Translations under genes and position numbers: made by a program
Notes under the pieces: model-generated
Told to the model about the DNA's origin: nothing
The model's input: the letters and a program-made list of their open reading frames with translations, nothing else
The model's database searches: none
Part shown: positions 58,562 to 64,000 of the stretch, one piece after another
Position numbering within the stretch: the stretch's first letter is position 1
Layout: every line of letters begins with the position of its first letter
Source: Candidatus Methanomethylicia archaeon
GTDB taxonomy: Archaea > Thermoproteota > Methanomethylicia > Culexarchaeales > Culexarchaeaceae
Reading direction: 5' to 3'
NCBI GenBank assembly: GCA_038727515.1
Contig: JAVYVS010000004.1
Location: 52,619-116,618 of the forward strand
DNA length: 64,000 nucleotides

Positions 58562-60481
58562 TTTCATCTTTTCCTCTAAAATTCTTCTAACAGTTTCACT
58601 TACTATCTTACCATCTATTTTACCTCTAACAATCCCCATAATTCTACCCATTAATATACTCATTGAAGCCATACCCCTACTTCTAATTATATCTTCAGCT
58701 TTCTCCACTTCTTTTTTCACTATTTCTTCTAGTTCTTCTATGGTCATCTTAACTTTACCTAGATTTCTGATGGCTTCTTCAACGTTTATAGCTGGGTTTT
58801 GCGCTAAATATCTAAGTATGTCTGGTATTGCTTCTTTTGCTATGTCTCCTCTACTTACATAACTAAATAAATCCATTATTTTATCTTTGGTTATCCTGCC
58901 TATATCTATACCTTCATTTTTCAATGTATTCATAGTGTATACTAATGTAGATGCTACTAAAGTTGTATTAACATTGTATTTGTTCACTATTTCTTCAAAT
59001 AATTCATCCATTTCAGAATCTATTAATTCTTCAGCTAGCTTAATGCTGAGACCATGTTTTTCAATATATCTTTTAATTTTGTCTTCTGGAAGTTCTGGCA
59101 GTATACTTTCAATTTTCTTTATTAATTCTTTTGTTATTGATATTGGTCTTATATCTGTTTCTGGATACATTCTTGCAGCTCCAGGCATTGGTCTACTATA
59201 TCTCGTTGTTCCATCATCATTTGCTGCTCGCGTTTCTTCTGGTACCCCTATAATTGCTTCTTTAGCTCTTTGTACAATAGCGTTTAAAGCTTTTTCACTT
59301 TCTTCAAGGTTTCCAATAACCATTACTATGGCGTCATCATCATCTGCCTCCATATACGTCTTTAATTTTGCGACTTCTTCTTGGCTTATACCATAACCCG
59401 GTAATTCATCTGTGTGAATTAACCCCTTTATACCACTGATTAATTTTGCTCTTTCCAACATTTCTGTGGCTAATCTCCTATTTGGTTGTATCTCCATACC
59501 CAATAGTTTTGCAAATCCCTTTAATTTTACTGCGTAAACATCTTTTCCTTCAGATAATCCTTTCCTTATAAGTTTTGATTTCGTTTCATTGAATATATCT
59601 GTTACTTTAATTATCTTCCCCTCTATATCTTCTAATTTTACTTTCCTCTTGTTTAGTTCATCTCTTATCTCTAGTAATTTCCTCTGTCTCTCTATTTCAT
59701 ACTCTATGATTTTTGGTATTAAATTTAAGTCTTGTACACCCTTTATCTCTATTCTTGCACCTTTTGATATGGATATATTTAGGTCTTGCCTTATAGTTCC
59801 TATACCTCTCTTCACTCTTCCTGTAGCTCTTAGTATTCTACCTATTTTTAATGCTACTCTCTTTGCTTGTTGTGGTGTTTTTATTGTTGGTTCCGTTGCT
59901 ATTTCTATTAGCGGTATTCCAAGTCTATCAAGTCTATATGTAACTTTATCTTCTGTTTCAGATATCTTTCTAGCTGCTTCCTCCTCTAGACATATGGTTT
60001 TTATTCCTATATCTCCCTCTTCATCTTTTACTATTCCCCCCATAGCTATTATTGCAGTTCTTTGAAATCCAGTGGTATTGGAACCATCTATCACTATTTT
60101 ACGCATTACATGTACTTCGTCCACTGGATTTGATTTAAGCATTAATGCTATTTCTAATGCTATTTCTAATGCTTCTTCATTTAGATCGTGTGGTGGTTCT
60201 TCATCTAATTCCACTAGACATGAAGCTTCTTCAGGAGCTTCATATATATACTCTTTATGTTTCATGTATTCAAAGAGTGCTGCTGGATCTATTTCTCCAA
60301 GTTCGCTTTTCGATGGCTTAAGAATCCTCTTAACGGTTTTCTTAATGTTTTCTTCATCTTCAACTAGTTTTGTTGGACATTTACAGAATAGTTTATGTTT
60401 GGTATTTAATTGTTGATGTATTTCTAATCCTATTTTTACACCTAATTCTTCATAGTAATTGTAATTCTTTTCTTCAACCAT
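58547..60481 (-). CDS. gatE: Glu-tRNA(Gln) amidotransferase subunit E
   Basis: GLEIHQQL, DEEPP, MRK.VIDGSNTTGFQRT and PG.ARMYPETD. Confidence 0.96.
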   Translation of the reverse strand: MVEEKNYNYYEELGVKIGLEIHQQLNTKHKLFCKCPTKLVEDEENIKKTVKRILKPSKSELGEIDPAALFEYMKHKEYIYEAPEEASCLVELDEEPPHDLNEEALEIALEIALMLKSNPVDEVHVMRKIVIDGSNTTGFQRTAIIAMGGIVKDEEGDIGIKTICLEEEAARKISETEDKVTYRLDRLGIPLIEIATEPTIKTPQQAKRVALKIGRILRATGRVKRGIGTIRQDLNISISKGARIEIKGVQDLNLIPKIIEYEIERQRKLLEIRDELNKRKVKLEDIEGKIIKVTDIFNETKSKLIRKGLSEGKDVYAVKLKGFAKLLGMEIQPNRRLATEMLERAKLISGIKGLIHTDELPGYGISQEEVAKLKTYMEADDDDAIVMVIGNLEESEKALNAIVQRAKEAIIGVPEETRAANDDGTTRYSRPMPGAARMYPETDIRPISITKELIKKIESILPELPEDKIKRYIEKHGLSIKLAEELIDSEMDELFEEIVNKYNVNTTLVASTLVYTMNTLKNEGIDIGRITKDKIMDLFSYVSRGDIAKEAIPDILRYLAQNPAINVEEAIRNLGKVKMTIEELEEIVKKEVEKAEDIIRSRGMASMSILMGRIMGIVRGKIDGKIVSETVRRILEEKMKSFKT

Positions 60482-60485
60482 AGAT

Positions 60486-61814
60486 CTACACCTCATATTC
60501 TGATTTCACACTTATCTCTCCAGCTATATTGGAGAGCATTATCTCTCTTATTTCACTCATATTTCTTGTTTTAGCTAGAGTCCACATCAATTTTACTAAT
60601 GCTGTTTCAGGTAGCATATCTTGTCCTGGTATTACGCCTATCTCTAGTAATTCTACTCCTCTTCTATATACATTCATGTTTACTCTTCCCCAGAGGCATT
60701 GTGAAGTCATTACTACTGGTATTTCATTTTCAATAGCTCTTTTCAATGCATTGATAATCCGTTGCGGTACATGTCCTAATCCAGTTCCCTCAATTACTAT
60801 TCCATGATATCCTTTATCTATTAAGTAGTGTATTATTTCATCATTCATTCCAGGATAAACTTTTATTAATGCAACTTTATCATCGAATTTTGCTTCTAAT
60901 GATGCTCCTTCAATGTCTCTCCTTCTTGGATTATAGTCTTTTACATGCATTATTATTTCTCCATTTGGATTTATTGTTGCTATGGGTTTTGCATTTATTG
61001 TTTTAAATGCATCTCTCCTACTTGTATGGCATTTCCTAACCTTTGTTCCTCTATGTGCTATACATGTTTCATCATTGGATGTGGAATGCATAACTACAGT
61101 TACTTCTGCAAATGGTGCTTTTGATGCTGTTATGGTGGCGCATATCATGTTTATATATGCATCTGATGATGGTCTATCTGAAGATCTTTGCGCTCCAGTT
61201 AATACTATTGGTATTGGTGGATTCCTAATTGAAAAACTTAAGGCTGCAGCTGTATAACCCATTGTATCCGTTCCATGGGGTATAACTATTCCATCATATC
61301 CCTCCACAATCTTATCAAAAACTCTTTCAGAGATTTTTTCCCACTTTTTTGGATCCATATCTTCGCTAAAAATATTGAATAATGATTCTGATTCTAAGAT
61401 TGCTATATCACTTAACTCTGGAATTAACTGGTATAGTTCTTCTGGAGTTAATGCTGGATATACTGCTCCAGTTAAATAGTCTACTCTGCTTGCTATGGTT
61501 CCTCCAGTCCCAATAATATATACCCTTGGTTTATCCCTATATGTTTCCATACATCTACTCTTTACTTCCATTGAAATTGTTTTCTCTTCAATCTTATCTA
61601 TTACAGTATCTTCATCTACTTTTATTCCAATGTTATATCCATTAGACAATTTTATAACAATGCTTTCTTTATCTCCTAGTATTGGTCTCGGCATTAATAT
61701 TCCTTCATAAATCCTAGATCTATTTGCCACTCTTATTCTATCTCCAATTTTCACTCCTGCTTCACTTAGTTTCCTCAATATTGTTTTACTATAATGGTTT
61801 AAACTATCTTCCAA
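60486..61814 (-). CDS. gatD: Glu-tRNA(Gln) amidotransferase subunit D
   Basis: KL.NGYNIG, TGGTIASRVDY, HGTDTM and GAQRSSDRPSSD. Confidence 0.96.
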   Translation of the reverse strand: MEDSLNHYSKTILRKLSEAGVKIGDRIRVANRSRIYEGILMPRPILGDKESIVIKLSNGYNIGIKVDEDTVIDKIEEKTISMEVKSRCMETYRDKPRVYIIGTGGTIASRVDYLTGAVYPALTPEELYQLIPELSDIAILESESLFNIFSEDMDPKKWEKISERVFDKIVEGYDGIVIPHGTDTMGYTAAALSFSIRNPPIPIVLTGAQRSSDRPSSDAYINMICATITASKAPFAEVTVVMHSTSNDETCIAHRGTKVRKCHTSRRDAFKTINAKPIATINPNGEIIMHVKDYNPRRRDIEGASLEAKFDDKVALIKVYPGMNDEIIHYLIDKGYHGIVIEGTGLGHVPQRIINALKRAIENEIPVVMTSQCLWGRVNMNVYRRGVELLEIGVIPGQDMLPETALVKLMWTLAKTRNMSEIREIMLSNIAGEISVKSEYEV

Positions 61815-61914
61815 TTTCTCTCCCTACCATTCATAATATACGTTACAATAACTAATAAATTCCAATCAAGTAATAAGCTTAAAAAGAGTTTAGATATATA
61901 ATTTATCGATAAAT

Positions 61915-64000
61915 ATGCCATCGGAGGGCATACCATCCCCCAAAGAATTCTTTGGTTTTGAGATTGGTGAAGATAGGAAGCTTGCGCGTTGGGATAAGAT
62001 CGTTGAATACTTCTATCTTCTAGCTGAAAGGTCTAAGAGGATTAAGGTTGTAGAACTTGGTAAAAGTACTGAGGGCAATCCATTTATACTAGCTTATATA
62101 AGCTCTCCAGAAAATCTTGAGAAACTTGAGGAGTATAGACGTATATCATATACTTTAGCAAATCCAAAGGGTTTAACGGATTCAGAAGCTTTAAGTTTAG
62201 CTAAGAAGGGTAAGGCTGTTATTGCGATAACCAATAGTTTACATGCTACTGAAGTTGGTGGAACTCAAATGGCTGTGCAATTAGCTTATCACCTAGTTAC
62301 TAGTGATGATGAAACTGTTAGAGAGATACTGGATAACGTTATACTACTCCTATTTCCATGTTTCAATCCTGATGGTCAAATAATGGTTGTAGATTGGTAT
62401 TATAAGTATTTGGGAACTGAATATGAAGGTACTTCTCCTCCATGGTTGTACCACAAGTATACTGGTCATGATAATAATAGAGATGCTATTGCATTAACTC
62501 AAAAGGAATCTCAAATGTTTTCTAAGGTTATATATAAAGAGTGGATGCCTCAAGCATACATTGATAATCACCACATGGGTAGCTATGGAGCTAGGCTCTA
62601 TATACCACCATGGTATGATCCCATATGTCCTGAGATAGATCCATTGGTTTATCGTGAGCATCAATGGTTTGGTGGATTTATGGCTGTAAAACTTGAAGAA
62701 GCCGGGTGTCAAGGTGTTGAGAGTGGTCCACCCTTTACCGCTGAATGGACTGCATCCTTCCTAAATTTGGCTAATATGATGAATATTTGTGCTATGCTTA
62801 CAGAATCTGCTAGTGTAAAAATAGCCACACCTATATACGTCCACAAACACCAACTTACAGGACATAGGGGGAGAGTGGGAGACAAAAAGCAGTATAGCTT
62901 CCCCAATCCTTGGCCAGGGGGTTGGTGGAGACTAAAAGACATAGTAAAACAACAATTTGTATCAAACATGGCAGCACTGGAATTAGCAGCAAAAATGAAA
63001 GACACCATACTTTACAACATGTACTTGAAGGCGAAGAGAAATATTGAAAAAGGATTAAATGAATCACCATATGCTTTTATAGTCTCATTGGATGATCAAC
63101 ATGATCCAAATACAGCGTTGAAAATGATAGATTTATTTAGAAAATTGGATGTTGAAGTACATGTAGCTAAGAAACCATTCAAAGTGGGTAATAAAATTTA
63201 TCCTGCTGGAACTTACGTGATTTTCACAAGTCAACCTAAGAGGTCTTTTGTAAAATATGTTTTGGAGAAGACTGAGTATCCAGATAATGAGTGGACTCGT
63301 GCACGTGATGGAACTCCAATTAGACCATATGATGTTGCAAGTTATACTATCCCAGATTACATGGGTGTGAATGTTGATATTGTTGAGGAGAAGCTTGATG
63401 GAGAGTTTGAACTTATTGGTGATGTTGTTTATCCCTCAATTCCTATAGAACCTTCAAAATTTGGTTATTTGATGGATTGTAGATTTAATGATACATTTGC
63501 AGCAGTTAACGTTTTGCTGGCTTCTGGATTTAAAGTTTACAGAGTTTTGAAGGATGTAAATGTTTCTAGTGGTATTATACTTCCAGTGGGATCTTTTTAC
63601 ATTCCAGTTCAAGAGAATGTTTGGGATAAGCTTAATGAAGTTTCTAAGGAGTTTCATATTCCAGTTTACTCTTTGACTTCAGAGTTAAATGTTGATATTG
63701 TTGAAATTAAGCCTGCTAGGATTGGAATATACCAGAGATATTATGGTGGAAATATGGATGAAGGTTGGACTAGATGGCTTCTTGAACACTTTAGATTTCC
63801 AGTGCAGGTGGTAATGGATAATGATATTAAAAGTGGTGAACTAACTAAGAAAATTGATGTACTGATTTTTGCCGATGATAGTACTGCAATAATTTTAGGT
63901 GAAAGTAAAGAAGCTGTGGAGAAGGCTTTAACTGAAAGATTTAAGAGACCTGTCTTCCTACCTCCAATACCTCCAGAATATATGAGTGGAATTAAGAAGG
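61915..64000 (+). CDS. M14 zinc carboxypeptidase family protein (3'-truncated; missing from ORF track)
   Basis: ATG 61915 MPSEGIPSPKEFFG...; HATE (HxxE), NPDG, DNNRD and D.H motifs; frame appears open to the window end; no signal peptide. Confidence 0.85.
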   Translation, partial: MPSEGIPSPKEFFGFEIGEDRKLARWDKIVEYFYLLAERSKRIKVVELGKSTEGNPFILAYISSPENLEKLEEYRRISYTLANPKGLTDSEALSLAKKGKAVIAITNSLHATEVGGTQMAVQLAYHLVTSDDETVREILDNVILLLFPCFNPDGQIMVVDWYYKYLGTEYEGTSPPWLYHKYTGHDNNRDAIALTQKESQMFSKVIYKEWMPQAYIDNHHMGSYGARLYIPPWYDPICPEIDPLVYREHQWFGGFMAVKLEEAGCQGVESGPPFTAEWTASFLNLANMMNICAMLTESASVKIATPIYVHKHQLTGHRGRVGDKKQYSFPNPWPGGWWRLKDIVKQQFVSNMAALELAAKMKDTILYNMYLKAKRNIEKGLNESPYAFIVSLDDQHDPNTALKMIDLFRKLDVEVHVAKKPFKVGNKIYPAGTYVIFTSQPKRSFVKYVLEKTEYPDNEWTRARDGTPIRPYDVASYTIPDYMGVNVDIVEEKLDGEFELIGDVVYPSIPIEPSKFGYLMDCRFNDTFAAVNVLLASGFKVYRVLKDVNVSSGIILPVGSFYIPVQENVWDKLNEVSKEFHIPVYSLTSELNVDIVEIKPARIGIYQRYYGGNMDEGWTRWLLEHFRFPVQVVMDNDIKSGELTKKIDVLIFADDSTAIILGESKEAVEKALTERFKRPVFLPPIPPEYMSGIKK

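Noticed and set aside
60144-60173. 12-bp tandem repeat (aatgctatttct)
   Set aside because: It encodes ALEIALEIAL within gatE; not a CRISPR or regulatory repeat
62494-63657. Short minus-strand ORFs listed near the window end
   Set aside because: They are shadows of the plus-strand M14 peptidase gene
1-64000. CRISPR arrays, rRNA, IS elements, inteins (e.g. in radA, ileS, top6) and peptidoglycan biosynthesis genes
   Set aside because: None seen; protein lengths are normal and there are no murA-G/mraY-type genes, so the mur cluster is catabolic

Overview
This is an AT-rich, gene-dense archaeal chromosome segment. The gene set and gene order point to a TACK/Thermoproteota-like lineage (inference). 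It carries about 75 CDSs and one tRNA-Gln(CTG); I saw no CRISPR array, rRNA or mobile element. The right two-thirds is mostly core archaeal housekeeping: dph2-METTL5-csl4-rpoL-tfs-pcn-priL-priS-gins-rpl44e-rps27e-aIF2a-nop10, aglB, ileS, gcv genes, radA, ahcY, aIF2b-nmd3-aIF1A-rio1-KH-top6B-top6A and gatDE. The standout is at 4.5-12.1 kb: a near-complete bacterial-type peptidoglycan sugar salvage pathway (anmK, nagZ, namZ, murQ and a MurK-like kinase). It is interleaved with archaeal genes and shares the host's strand-specific composition. Candidate peptide-side enzymes lie elsewhere in the window (Pab87-like serine hydrolase, M23-like protein, M14 peptidase). Archaea do not make MurNAc, so this looks like a system for feeding on bacterial cell-wall debris. 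Other notable items are a thiolase lacking all catalytic residues coupled to a DUF35-HMG-CoA synthase fusion, and a ribophorin-I-like membrane protein plus an STT3-like AglB. There are also two clear candidate operator arrays, three genes missing from the ORF track, a frameshifted lipid-kinase-like gene and a codon-usage mosaic patch. All calls rest on motif recognition by eye; no database searches were run.
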